A stretch of DNA of 63,654 nucleotides, the filler included, from Platydemus manokwari (taxonomy: Eukaryota), in the NCBI GenBank assembly GCA_037951405.1. It is 4 parts of 4 records of this genome, joined end to end, with 100 filler letters (N's around TTAATTAATTAA, not from the genome) between each part and the next. Parts side by side here need not be neighbours in the genome. Positions count along the whole stretch, not along the records: positions 35,288 to 54,658 come from JBBMOY011978044.1; 3 more parts are not named here. One strand, given 5' to 3'. The notes beneath the pieces are model-generated. The model worked only from the letters and a program-made list of their open reading frames with translations. It made no database searches and was not told the DNA's origin. A program made the position numbers and the translations under genes. Of this stretch, positions 39,401 through 51,000 are shown one piece after another. Positions within the stretch are counted from its first letter, which is position 1. Every line of letters begins with the position of its first letter.

Positions 39401-42400
39401 TTCAGATAATTCAGTAAAAAATGCTGGTAAGCTGACATTACTAGAACGTTTCGCTAAGGATATGATATATTCTCTATCAGACTTTTGTTGTTTGTCTGAT
39501 GACGAAAAACGTTTGTCTTCTACATGCGATTCACTAAGTTCTGTCGGTTTTAAACTGGAAGTTCTAGATCTTCTACTACTTTGCGGTATAGTTTGAACTT
39601 CAGCAACATTTAAGTCAAGAGGTTTCATCTCACTCACCTTTTCAGACAAACTCATTATCATTTCATCATCATGTTTCTTAATAGATAAATCCAATATATT
39701 GTCTTCATTAACTGGTAAATTGTCATCGATTAAGATTTTGGGAGTTATTGATGTCTTTTCAGTTTTTGTTAAACTCGAGGTTTTGGGGATATCTATTTTT
39801 GATTTTGATGTTTTCGAATGTCGAATGCTTGATAATAAATCCCGAACAAATTGTTCATTCGTAATTGATTCTAGTTTTGAGTCGATATCAACCTTATTGG
39901 CAAATTCGGCAATTCTTTCTAAAACATTATCGGAAAGAGCTGCAATGCCATGCTTTTCTAAAAGTTTAACATCATGAACTAGTTGATCAAGTAGCTCTGG
40001 TGAATAATCTATTTCAATATGACTCAATTTTTTGAACAAGTCTGCAAAGAACATTGCATAATTAATACTTTCCATTTGTTTGGATTTTCTTTTTTCTTCT
40101 TTATCTTGATCAATTGATATGCTAGTTTGATTATCTATTAAAACTGATTTGATTACTGAGGGCACTGTGTGAACGGTTGTCATTGATGGTCCTTCGATTT
40201 CTACGGTCTGTGTGGCATTTATTGACAACAATCGACTATTATAAGGTATGGTTTGTAAACCGGCATTTTTTTCTACTACTGTTTTCAATTGGCTTGTTTC
40301 CTCAGCTACAGGTTTTGGAGTTTCGTTTTCAAATTTAACAATAGAATTATCTGCTATACTTTGAATGGAAGTAATATTCTGACTGTTAGTTGGTAGATCA
40401 TCGTAAATCAATATTTTGTGAGTAATTGATTGGGTTTGTTGCGAAGTTACTGTTCTAGGTTTCGGAATTTCCACGTTTTTTTTTTCCGAAACTTTGTGGA
40501 CTAATTTTGGTGGTATTTCTTCTGATTGACCAGAACTTGGAACAGCACCTGAAACGGTGTGTTGATTCGATAATTTAGAATGTCTTTCAATGATAATCGA
40601 TGACAAATGTCGTGAGAATTGTTGATTAGAGGATACAGAAAGTTTTTCGCCAATATCATCAATACTAGCGAACTTGGCAATTCTTTCCAATGACGAATTG
40701 GAAAGTGCGGAAATACCTTGTCGTTCTAACTTTGCTACATCAATAGCAAGCCGATCTAATATTTCATTAGTGTATTCGAAAGACTTAGAATCCAATTTCT
40801 TTGACAATTCTCCAAAATAAGTTGCATAATTAACGCTTTCGTCCTGTCGAGCAGTAGAAACGATACTTGGCTTTTCAGGAATATTATCTTTTGATATAAA
40901 AGTTTGGTTCATTATTTGAGGAGGTTCGTGAATTTCAACCATTTTTGTAGTACTTACTGTCATCAGTCGACTATCTTGGGGTGTTTTTTGAATATCGATA
41001 AAATATTGATTTGGAGATTCACCTTCTTTACTAAGAAGTTTCTCTTTTGAACCAAGAAAAATCTCCTGGCTTTTACTTTCTTTCATTTTATCCATTAAAT
41101 CAACGAGACCATCATCATTTGTTAAGATTCCTACTGTCACAGTAGTTGTCACTTTCGAAACTGTAGACTGGGTATTAACAACGGCTGAATCCAATTTCTC
41201 AGAGACTTTTTCGTTTGAATCTGTTTCTAAATTTTTCGAAACACTACTACAAAACGAACTGGAATAATATTTTAAACTTTCAGGATTTTCTTCGATTTGG
41301 TCTTTAATGACTGACGATTTTGGTGATGAAGGAATGGGAATTTTTTCAAAATCCATAAGCTTTTCCGATAATTTTTTCGGGCTTTGGTTATCAGCAATAG
41401 AATTTATGTTTAATAAAGTTGGATCATCCAATCCATTTTGATTTACTTTTGGTGAAATTATAGATTGAACCTCATTCTGAATGCTTGATCTGTCAACTAC
41501 GGTTTGAGGCTGTTTCTGTATACTTGATTTTTCTAACACAGTCTCTCTATCTATTGTAGTTAGAGCATCACTAGTAGCCTTATCGTACAACAAGGATTTA
41601 TATTGTCCCTCATTTTGAATTTCTTTGATAGTGTGCATCCTGGTAGTAGATGAATCTCGAATGTCTTTGGTTTCTGATTTGTTCAAGAAAGACAAACTTT
41701 TGTCATCTTTAATAAACATTGGCTTGACAATTGAAGGTGGTAATTTAATTAATAAAGATTCCCTATCTAATTGTGATTCAATTTTAGGTTTGCTTTTCGT
41801 CGATAGTTCTAAAGGCCGGACAATATTCGATATTCCTGCATGGGCATATTCTTCATGATCAATAATATGGTAAGTGTCTTCAGGTATTTTATAGTGCATG
41901 AGATATTGCTTATCCACAGGTTGATATTGCACCTCATCAAACGCAATAGTATCAAGAATATTTGTTAATTTAGTCGACTCTTCATCTTTGAGAGAAAATG
42001 ATTTACGAATTTGTTGTGATGAATCCATCCGTTGTTTGACGTCTAATAAGGAACTCATCATAACGTCTCTATCCTTGTCTTGTTGACTTTGCATCTGGAA
42101 GATACGAGATGCTATATTAATCAAAAATTTTTGATTTTCAGATGTCGAATCACGAATTCGATCTTTCCAATCTCGATAGGCAATACTGGCTTCTTCTAAA
42201 TATTTATCGAGTGATAGTAAAGTTTTTTCAGATATTTTATCCTTAACATCAATTTTTTCAATATTCAAAATTATTTCTTTCAAGTTTTTATCATTTATAT
42301 TGAGTTCAGTCAAAACAGACTGATGAAATGATGTTTCACTGGTAGGTAGAGATTTAATGTTTGAAAGAACACTGGACTTTAGAGATCTATCTGATTTTCT

Positions 42401-45019
42401 ACTTATACTAGATAAACCTTTATTGATATATTGTTCATTGTCTATTATTTGATATGTATCTTCTGGTTTTTTATGATGGGATAAGAATTGTTTATCGATA
42501 CTCATGCTATGTGTTTCTTCTTTACGCAACTCCTTGTTAACGCATTCATTAAAATCTCTCTGACCAGATTGGAAATTACGTTGTGATGTTGTATCCTCAG
42601 CAAGACTAATTGAATCGAAAGGTCTTAAATAGGATCCATCATCTCGATGTAATGATGATTGACTATCAATTAGAGATGATTGTTTCGCTCCTCCTGATGA
42701 AATTTCACTTAATTTACGGTAATCTTTATCCATTTCTTTATTTGCAGATTCACGACCTTTCAATACAAGAGTATGATGAACTGGATAATCCGAAGTCCTT
42801 ACATCATCAATGATCATTTTCTCAGAACCAATTTCATGAATACGACTTACTTCAGATAGAAATGGAGTCTCCTTATTAGACATAGTTTCATTTTTAAGTG
42901 ATAATTTTGACCCTGGTTCACCTAGGTTTATTTGATTGGATTTCAAAGAAAATTTATTAGATTCTACTTCATTCATTTGCCATTTGGCATTTTCAATGAA
43001 CTCTCTATCCTGTTTTCCATCAGTGGTTATCACGTTTTTCTTATTACTAATTTCATTATTCTGAGGTATTGATGAAATCTTAGCTGATTTACGGAGTTGA
43101 TATGTGCTATCATCTGTTCTTTCTTTGATCGAATGTTGGGCACTTGTTCGAATTGCAGGATCGTTAGTTGATATATTACCACGTTCACCACCATCTTGAC
43201 CATCATGGATAAAAATCTCATTTCGATCAATATCATCCAGGTGTCTCCTGGAATCAATTCGGTCATCATATTTATCCGTATATTCCGTATATGTTGTGGA
43301 TGGAAGTTCTGAAACAACCAAGCTATCGTGATATTCTCTTAAATTAATCGAAGTAACGTTCGATTCAAGAACCATATCATTGACGACCTTTGTTTGCGTT
43401 TTAGTGGTTTCTATTTCAATTGATGTGCGCCTGAAATTGTTGGTTGGAATTTGAACTCTAAATTTGGTTTTTCCTGTTGTATCTTCTGAGTCATTCACTG
43501 GGATTATTTGTTGTTTTGTCAGCGTTTTTACCGAAGATCGTTCTGGTTGACATTCTGACTTCGATGATTGCTCACACACATTCGAAATTAAATTTTTGTT
43601 TTGTTGACCTTCATTATTTTCTCCATCTGATGATGTGTAAATAGTTCGATTAATCGATAATTCTGTTTTGGTTTGGGATCTATTGCTTTCTGAAACGGTT
43701 GACATAATTTTTATGGAGATATGCTGTGGTGGAGTTCGTGTCAAATTACCGACGGGTAAATTCTCCAAAGTATTTCGAGAATCAAATAGCACATTTTCCC
43801 TACCATAATTATCGGATTGTTTTATCTCGATACTCGGTGCGACAGATGTTTGATCATTAGGATTCTGAATTACGCCTTTCAGTGATTCGATTTGTTCTTC
43901 ATTATATGGAAATATGAGCTCGTTAATAGGTTGATGCGATTGAAAACAATAAGCTGTCTCTCTTATGATATAAACATTCGTGACATTCTTTTCACATTTA
44001 CTGTGTGGATTGGAATAAAGATTTTGAATCAATAATGATTTCATTGGTGCAATTTCTGGAGAAATTTCACTCGAATTGCCAGTTAAAGATCTGAATTTAG
44101 AAGACATATCTGATGGAATACTGTCTTTTTTACTTTCTTTAATATACGATTTGGTTTCTTGACTAGCTTGTTTAATGTCATTCGATTTAATTTTAGAATC
44201 GAAACTATCGTCTTTAGCATTTCTCTTTTCCTTGCTTATTGTATCGCCATACGTCATTTCTGTTGTTGATTCTTCTGTTAAATTTGCTTTTTCATCCAAT
44301 GCCATCTCTTTTTTTGAAAATACTAAATTTCTTTCGTCGTTTACTGATTGATTATATTTTTGAACTGTTTTATCAAGCGTGCTCATATTTTCACCGAGAA
44401 TTTTCAATGCACCTTCATCGTTATCAGTTTTATATCGGATATTGCATGTTATTTCTTTCGTGGGATTGATTTTTCCTGAAATCGATGATGCAGTTCCTTC
44501 CAATTTCATAGCCAAATTGAAATTGAAATTATCCTTGCCGCTTAAGTTGTAACTATATTTTCTATCATCCTCTGAACATAAGGGTCTCATACAAGTTTGA
44601 GAATTAGCATCCGAATTTCCGGAATGTGATGACAATATTAATCGGGTTTGAACTGGAGGCTTAGAAGATGATTTTCTAACCATCGTGCTATCACTATCTT
44701 CGACTTGATTAGAAAAATTGGAATCTTTTTTCATTTTTTTGAATGACATTGATTGACTTTTAAGAGTTTGTTTTGTTGAGTGTAGTGATCCTTTGGCATT
44801 GCTGGCTGAGTTTTCGATCAATGTTGGTATCAAATATGATTTATTATATTGTAAGGTCAGTTTCTGTTTTCTTTTGATATCCGAAATAATATCTCCGTTT
44901 TTCACCTTTATGAAATTGCCAGACTTTATAGTCTCAATTTTCAATGTATTGTTCAGAGTGTTTTCAACGAAGACATTTCTTTTTGGATTTAAAAGGTTGT
45001 TTGTTTCTGATTTCTTCAT
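36428..45019 (-). CDS. Giant intronless S/K/E/D-rich protein (2863 aa from first ATG) with internal repeats and C-terminal ZNF474-like C2HC zinc fingers
   Basis: 8.6 kb without a stop in very AT-rich DNA. The ORF-track start at 45055 is a TTG; the first ATG is at 45019 (MKKSE). C-terminal CNICRTWINLGNRQQHEIEC and CYVCGRRFTRHSIIIHEKSCLSRW...LRKPVPTKP. Confidence 0.88.
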   Translation of the reverse strand: MKKSETNNLLNPKRNVFVENTLNNTLKIETIKSGNFIKVKNGDIISDIKRKQKLTLQYNKSYLIPTLIENSASNAKGSLHSTKQTLKSQSMSFKKMKKDSNFSNQVEDSDSTMVRKSSSKPPVQTRLILSSHSGNSDANSQTCMRPLCSEDDRKYSYNLSGKDNFNFNLAMKLEGTASSISGKINPTKEITCNIRYKTDNDEGALKILGENMSTLDKTVQKYNQSVNDERNLVFSKKEMALDEKANLTEESTTEMTYGDTISKEKRNAKDDSFDSKIKSNDIKQASQETKSYIKESKKDSIPSDMSSKFRSLTGNSSEISPEIAPMKSLLIQNLYSNPHSKCEKNVTNVYIIRETAYCFQSHQPINELIFPYNEEQIESLKGVIQNPNDQTSVAPSIEIKQSDNYGRENVLFDSRNTLENLPVGNLTRTPPQHISIKIMSTVSESNRSQTKTELSINRTIYTSSDGENNEGQQNKNLISNVCEQSSKSECQPERSSVKTLTKQQIIPVNDSEDTTGKTKFRVQIPTNNFRRTSIEIETTKTQTKVVNDMVLESNVTSINLREYHDSLVVSELPSTTYTEYTDKYDDRIDSRRHLDDIDRNEIFIHDGQDGGERGNISTNDPAIRTSAQHSIKERTDDSTYQLRKSAKISSIPQNNEISNKKNVITTDGKQDREFIENAKWQMNEVESNKFSLKSNQINLGEPGSKLSLKNETMSNKETPFLSEVSRIHEIGSEKMIIDDVRTSDYPVHHTLVLKGRESANKEMDKDYRKLSEISSGGAKQSSLIDSQSSLHRDDGSYLRPFDSISLAEDTTSQRNFQSGQRDFNECVNKELRKEETHSMSIDKQFLSHHKKPEDTYQIIDNEQYINKGLSSISRKSDRSLKSSVLSNIKSLPTSETSFHQSVLTELNINDKNLKEIILNIEKIDVKDKISEKTLLSLDKYLEEASIAYRDWKDRIRDSTSENQKFLINIASRIFQMQSQQDKDRDVMMSSLLDVKQRMDSSQQIRKSFSLKDEESTKLTNILDTIAFDEVQYQPVDKQYLMHYKIPEDTYHIIDHEEYAHAGISNIVRPLELSTKSKPKIESQLDRESLLIKLPPSIVKPMFIKDDKSLSFLNKSETKDIRDSSTTRMHTIKEIQNEGQYKSLLYDKATSDALTTIDRETVLEKSSIQKQPQTVVDRSSIQNEVQSIISPKVNQNGLDDPTLLNINSIADNQSPKKLSEKLMDFEKIPIPSSPKSSVIKDQIEENPESLKYYSSSFCSSVSKNLETDSNEKVSEKLDSAVVNTQSTVSKVTTTVTVGILTNDDGLVDLMDKMKESKSQEIFLGSKEKLLSKEGESPNQYFIDIQKTPQDSRLMTVSTTKMVEIHEPPQIMNQTFISKDNIPEKPSIVSTARQDESVNYATYFGELSKKLDSKSFEYTNEILDRLAIDVAKLERQGISALSNSSLERIAKFASIDDIGEKLSVSSNQQFSRHLSSIIIERHSKLSNQHTVSGAVPSSGQSEEIPPKLVHKVSEKKNVEIPKPRTVTSQQTQSITHKILIYDDLPTNSQNITSIQSIADNSIVKFENETPKPVAEETSQLKTVVEKNAGLQTIPYNSRLLSINATQTVEIEGPSMTTVHTVPSVIKSVLIDNQTSISIDQDKEEKRKSKQMESINYAMFFADLFKKLSHIEIDYSPELLDQLVHDVKLLEKHGIAALSDNVLERIAEFANKVDIDSKLESITNEQFVRDLLSSIRHSKTSKSKIDIPKTSSLTKTEKTSITPKILIDDNLPVNEDNILDLSIKKHDDEMIMSLSEKVSEMKPLDLNVAEVQTIPQSSRRSRTSSLKPTELSESHVEDKRFSSSDKQQKSDREYIISLAKRSSNVSLPAFFTELSEKIRLSEMNITDELIDQVTKDVKRLDSNGMPTMSTKSIERIAKFNNVMQKDSKDLSKLHNLSNDEFIQYLLKNLEAMYSKKPEQKLISKDLARISEKSFNEHTTPMKSTEDRNADRSIEESKLSTLENIESPKLKETSQIISSPKFSDKQSLTISPRKGEHSLRHFNDETSLIKSLESQVADIQTISDKNQLDIIDNIETSDVKSPPSIKINAKLSDRPSLKQHKQDSLKRDFDETIEIKSVDFRQVDVQSISDKSRASKIESIESIRITGPPSTTTSQKPHDTQLLNWSDQKINDVVAEDFINQLSQTFSSFKEAPELISELEATDKLLKKISHDVKILDKHRISVQDKFDIVPGSQNIGIDKPLTFIQGSVQDAIENLPGNMNILSKSGSFSSVIVPDKYLENLESEIIQMFPNNKYVIATEVKSIIEEVIIYPTDNDNIVKVDSLIRTTESEKISIVHEIISEPKQSEPIDKLTDDKVKSDTSPSQKTTEIKDEAKSSSGKGSENKTTLQLNDVSTEKISDKLSPKVDEKSSDSRKDLVENLTIESPIKEESLKDETDKEASEEVDKEASEKKDEEFHVDAMDNVIGDIFEFVIDHVCDLICIEKFPEEELSKHDLSPSQSCDISDQTECFPKIPIIDYKTHTCFSSSVPIKISHHEERSHTQLYVCPKNKNQYKLSNTSFRKTELTLPKNCKKLGKDLKSASDKIMKKTPSAIYNQLVNEITNKADCKTNERRSQSSLNSLDDFNDSTYESMIPTIVQKNTRPDAIVKFNGEGKWHDWTSRKSECIPTPYGYYKTDFRCFSSKKCDSPITIRQFHMVSDQSQLHHKDDFEIPPDGIFGRDSKEPKFTNFCCNICRTWINLGNRQQHEIECKQINKDKHSVETFRPKLKPRTIKRMPGCVCYVCGRRFTRHSIIIHEKSCLSRWIQCNNSLRKQLRKPVPTKPVFNEKEIQDLVNEQRSLGKIDYTLEDAMNDLYLISSRNHAIDLNE

Positions 45020-45699
45020 CAAGTTCTTGTAAGATAGATAAGTTGTGATATTCAAATTAATGATATGGATTTATTGATATTTTATGTAAAAGATTTTGAT
45101 TTATATTTAGAATTTCTAATAACCTACTATGATATAACTTTATTATATTATCCAGTTTTCTTGGTTGGTTGTTATAGTCTACACTAATTAATAACAGCTT
45201 TTTTATTTTACTTCTAGCTTGTTAAACTAGATAATTAAATTTGGTTAAATAAAATGAAGTATAAATTATTAAAAAAAACAAACCTAATCCATCTTATTAA
45301 GAATGATTTACAACTCATTAGCACTTTACAAGTTGCTTAATCGGTGTATTAATAGATATATTTTGTGTTTATCAGGTTATTTTAAGAAATTTTAATTTAT
45401 TAGAGCTCTATATAATTATTAAAATTCATTTATATTAAAAAGTGAAAGAAAAATTTTGAAATATATTTACAAAAATAATAAAAACTATGATTTTAATCAC
45501 CAAAAAGTTTAATACAACGTCGATTATATGATTAGACAAATGAAGAAGGAAGATGAAACTTCATAATATTAGACACCTCATCTTCGATATTTGAATTTAT
45601 ATTTAGAAAAATGCAGTCTTCATTGGCTGTTGATTTTCTTAATCTTTGAGAATATAGTCTCTAATGGATTTACAAGAGACTTGTATGGGGACAGGCTGG

Positions 45700-45870
45700 T
45701 TGACTATTGGATCTAATTTGATACAAACCTCGTCATTTAAATCTTGATTCGATGATTTTTTACCATTTGATAATAGGTTGAATCACTACTTTTGACATCA
45801 AGTATCAGTTGATATTTGAGGCCATAAAGGTTGGTAGTTCGTGAAAAAAGCCTTCAGAATATTTTATCAA
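45700..45870 (-). mobile_element. Possible small gypsy RNase H remnant
   Basis: Degenerate sequence resembling the TDH.PL.WL...I....GK.N..AD region; frameshifted. Confidence 0.25.
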
Positions 45871-47221
45871 TTTTTTTTGTACGGAAGCATAAATTTACTG
45901 AATACAATTTATACATCCAACCACGAGCCTTAAAATTAACAATATTTACTTGGATTATTATAGAAAATTGCGAAAACCAAAATGCGCTAATGGTTTAAGA
46001 GATCCAAAGAAATCTTACAATTAAATTTAAAGACAGATTTTTAAAAGGTTTCAACAGATAAGAAAAAATACTATGCAATATACATTATAAAAGGAGTCGA
46101 TTCTCTTTTTCATTATCGTGGTGTGAATTCACCGTGTGATCAGGTAGTGATTATTTGATTGACTTTTATTTTGTTGTGGTGTTATTCGCTAATCAATTTC
46201 CCGTTTTAGCTTTGTGGCGAAAATATGATGGAGCGTGGTTTCAAAATACTACTTTGAACAATTATATCTATATCATTTATTTTGTTATTAATAATCGTAA
46301 AACCAGTAAGAAATTTGAAATCATTGATATACTGCAATCAATCTCAAATACCTGACAAAATTTTCAAATATCATGAGTAGAAATGAATGAATTTTGATCC
46401 GTATTAATTAAAATTTCATCAGCTATATCATTTTTGAATCTATGTACTTAACTTCATAAGAATTGCTGATATTTTAAAATGATATTTAAAAATTTAAGTT
46501 TCGTGATTTCTCAACTATTTTTTTACCTGAATAATACATCCCTTACAGTTTCCTTTTTAATTCCGAGTTGTCTTTCACGAAACAAAAAATGATCAAGTTT
46601 CAACTGAATTTAAAATCTGATATTAGAAAGTCAGGGTAGCGATAAATTATAATACATATAGAATTTACAACATAAATGAAAATATGTTTAATTCGCAAGT
46701 TATAATTTTAAAATATTGTATAAAAGTAATTTTAGATACAAAAGTGGTAGATAAGATCCTTCAGAAAACAGTGACAAGTGTCTCGATTAACAAATGAATG
46801 ATCTCCTTAATAAAAGACAGTAGTAAGATTTATGAGATTAAGAAACTTACTAGATTTTAATTAATGACAGGATGACATTTAATTACGATAAAAAAATTAA
46901 ATGTGTGGTGCATATCGATCATTTAACATGGTATAAATAAAATGTTATGATGATTATTGGGATGAAATTTATTGACAAATATTTGAAATGATAAGATATT
47001 TTTTAATTGATTATTACTGAAATTTGTTTCTTGAAAACATTATAAATAATAATGCGAAAAAAAATTGATTAATACATGGGTCAGTTGAAATCTTAATGTA
47101 AATATTCAGGTGGAAAATCAAATATAGGATTGGAACGAAAGTCTTGTTCGATAGAAAATAATATTTGTTTAACCAATAAAGAAAATATGTAAAATGGAAA
47201 TATAAATAAAACATCAATCAT

Positions 47222-47445
47222 CTGTATATCTATACCTTTAAGGTCCATACACTTTTGCCAGCGTCTAGAAGTTGTTTTATGGCGTTTTCATAGGTTTTAA
47301 AGAGAACCACTTTTCCAAATCATCGTTAACCTCTTCAGCGGAGTTATATGTTTTCCCACGAAGTGAGTTTTTCATAGGAGAAAACAGGTAGGAGTCTGAA
47401 TGGACAAGGCCTGGAGAGAATGGTGGGTGCGGTATTACCGTAAAT
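47222..47445 (-). mobile_element. Mariner transposase C-terminal fragment
   Basis: VIPHPPFSPGLVHSDSYLFSPMKNSLRGKTYNSAEEV...WQKCMDLKG matches mariner HPPYSPDLAPSDY.LF and RW.KC...G motifs. Confidence 0.88.
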
Positions 47446-48002
47446 GATAACAATCTGAAACAATTACTTAATTATAAGATAGAAATTAAACAATTAAAAA
47501 AGGATTTAATAAATCATTTAAACTAAACATTGAAATTTTTTAGATTTACATACGATTGATGTTTTGTTTATATTTCCAATTTACATATTGTCTTTGTTGG
47601 TTAAATAAATCTTATTTTGTATTTATATTGTCCACGTCATTAGATTGCATGTATGTTTATTTTGTGATGCATGTTACTAATTTTTGAATATTTGTAAGTT
47701 CTCATTATAATTTTGTTATATAAGATGTCCAATAACATTGTTTAGCGGAAATAAAATAATAAAATCTGAGAAGACAGTTTTTTTTTTCTATTATTAGACT
47801 ACTGATTTGTCTGTTTTATCAACGCACAGTTAACCTATGATGTCAGCTTATTGGTTTCCACAGTATCAATGATTTAAAAATTTAATTTATATTTTCTTTT
47901 ATTCATTTGAAGAAATATTCAAACAGTCATTGGATTCAAATTTTTAACATATATTTTAGAATCAGAACTTCAAGCGTCAATTTTTTTCAAACTAATTGGC
48001 GG

Positions 48003-51000
48003 TCAATTTTTTTTCATATGCTTCATTTTTTGGTAGTCTATAAATGTATTTAATTCTCTCGTTTCTTGATCACATTCTTCAACAAATGTATTTTCATCTG
48101 CTTGTTGTAAACAATATGTGGGTTGTTTTTTCATTATCGTTCGACTTTTACTATAATTAACTTTGACAGTTTTAACAACATTGTCATTTATACTTTGGGA
48201 CTTTGAAATTTGAATTGATATATTCGATGTTCCAGCAATTGGATTTTGTAAACTCGCATTCACAGAAATCTCACTCTTTAAACTCGATCCTTCAATTTTA
48301 GATGACATTGTCTTGATTGTTGAATTACTCAAAGCCTCGGCGACTTTATTAGGTGTTATATTACTCCCAATATTGGCTGGTCTAGTGAAAATACGACTGG
48401 TCTTGACAGAAATTTCCTTTCTTGATACAGGAATATTATTTTTCATAATGTCATGTTTCACAGTGATATTAGAATATGATCGTAGCTGTTGCTGTTTACC
48501 CGATTCGTCATTGATAACTTCTTGAGCTTTTGTTTCACTAAAATAATCGGTTTTTGTTTCTTCGGGAGTCGTTGAGACTTGTGCAGCCTTTCTGACAACA
48601 ATATCTGAGTTAACGACGTTAGGTAAAATTTTGATGTTGTGCTTAACAGGCGGAATCTGCTTATTGAAAATATTTTTCTCCTCGATTTTGTTTTTCGGTA
48701 CCAGAGATCTCGGAAGAGATTCACGGTTACGTCTTTCGGATATCTTGTAATTTGGTCTATGCTTCTCATTTAACGGTGCTGAATATAAACGAGTAAGTTT
48801 TGGAATTATCTTGTTTTCCGAAATCGGTGTGACGGCTTTAGAACGTTTTTTCTTAACAGTGTTATCAGAAAATGATTTGATGATCTTTCCTGTTAATGAT
48901 TTTGCAGGTGTCAAACTTTTTGGAATTAAAATCTTTGTTTTAGAATAATCATTTGATTTGATATTTGTTTTTTCTGATTTTGCTTTGATAAGATTGTTAT
49001 CAACAGTAGGATTGATATTTGGCTGAATCTTTAGATTCAATTTATTCTGCGAAAGTGGTTTTTCAGCAGTTTTATTTTCTTTAGTTTTAGATAACATGAT
49101 TTCTTTTTCAGCTTCACTGTTAATTATATTTTCAAGACTCGTATCTTTCAAATTATTAGGTTCTGCACTTGATGTAATAAGGTTCGAAGGTAGAACTTTG
49201 GTGTCTGGTAATTCCTTAGATTTTGTTTCCATAATTTCTGGTTTGACTTCATCGACAACCGGTTCATCATTTAAAATTTCCTTTAAATATAACAAGTCCT
49301 TTGTAACGGTTTGATTGATTAAATTCCAATTTTCGTTAGCCTTATCATAAAATTCGGTACCAGTTTTTCCTTGTAATGGTGACGCATTTCCCATTAATGA
49401 TTTTACAACAAGTTGAGGCTTCTGTTTTTCATCTAAATTTTCTTTGATACTTTTTTGAATCTTTTCAAATGATTTTGAATCTTTTGAAATATCTTTCTCA
49501 TCTTTCGATTCAACCATTTCTTTGCCATCAATCAAATCAGTGATTTCCTGATCTCTATCATCTTTGAATTGTTGAATTTTATCTTCGTCAATGAATTTTT
49601 CTTTTATAGATTCAATATGTTGACTTTCTTGATTTTCGTCTTTTTTAGTCGGGATCAATATTTGACTAATTTTTATCAATGGTGATGTTTCAATTTCTGA
49701 CTCCATATTTTCTTTTGGAGTGACGTTGATTTCATCATTGTTTTCGTAATGTTCTTCGCTCACTTTTTCAGTTTCTTCTGGTAACAACTTTTCATCGATG
49801 GGTGAAGGTTCAATTAGCGACTCTTTTTGAATTATTTGATCTTCGATATCAGTTGCTAAATTTTTCCCTAAGGAAATAGACTTTATGCTTTCTGGTTCAT
49901 TGGAAATAGACTTCCTTATGCTTTGACCAGCATGATACTGAAGTCTTTTTTCTGAATCTGTGTTAACCTTACCATTATCTTCATCATCAATTAATTTTTC
50001 CTTGTCCGATATCAATGTTTCTTTATTGGATTCTTTTGTTTGAATAATTATGGAATCTTCTTTGAGCTCAATTACTTTGTTGGTTGAATTGTCAACCAAT
50101 CTGCTTTCAGAAATTTCTGGTATTTGTGATTCTCTTTGTGTTTGAATTGAAATCTCTTCAAAAGGTTTTAAATCACCCTCGTCAACACTTTTTATAATAC
50201 CAACCGATTCATCTAATTCCTTACCATCTTCTTTTAAACTATTATGTAAGTCATCTTGTATCAGATGAAGTGGTAAAGCTTGTAAGGTTTTACTATCTCT
50301 AATAATTTCAGATTCAATGATTGATTTGGTGATTTTACTCTTATCAAGTTCTATTTGGTCTTTCAATTCTTTGTTAGCAGCATCATCAAAAAATGGAAAT
50401 TGAATTGCTTGATCAGAAGACATTTTATCAAGTTTCGGAACAGATTTTCTCTCATCTATGGGTTCGTCATCGAAATTAAAATACAATCTTAAGCATTCTT
50501 CAATGAAATTAAATTCAGGGATATCGGATGTTTGAGAATGTCGTTCTGTGGTATTGGGGAGATAATCTTTATTTTCTGTGAAAGATATTTTATCATTTAA
50601 AGGATCAGTTTTTTGTTCATAAATTGGTCCGCTGCCATTTACTTGTAAAACAGGTATGGATGATGATTTTTCCAAGATAATTATCGGTTCAGTTTCAATC
50701 TGAACATCCTTTTTAACAGAAGACTGAGAATTTCCATTTAACGATGTTCTATTTTTTCTTGATAATGTTTTAACGGAATCTCGGCTTTTTTGAGTTGGTA
50801 GATGAACTTCAGAGTGTGACGATTTTTCGACGGATTTCTTTACTAAATTGGATTCTTTCGGAAATTCTTTTTTTAATTGAATTGAAGATTCTTTTGATTG
50901 TTTCGAAGACATAAAACTTGTTGATGGCTTCTGATCAGTTATTTTCTTATTCTTTGATGTTAAGCTTCCTGATAAGGAGTTGGTTTTTCCTTTTGAAGGG

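Noticed and set aside
45020-45055. ORF-track start giving 2875 aa
   Set aside because: The codon at 45055 is TTG. The first ATG is at 45019 and gives MKKS, matching the paralog.
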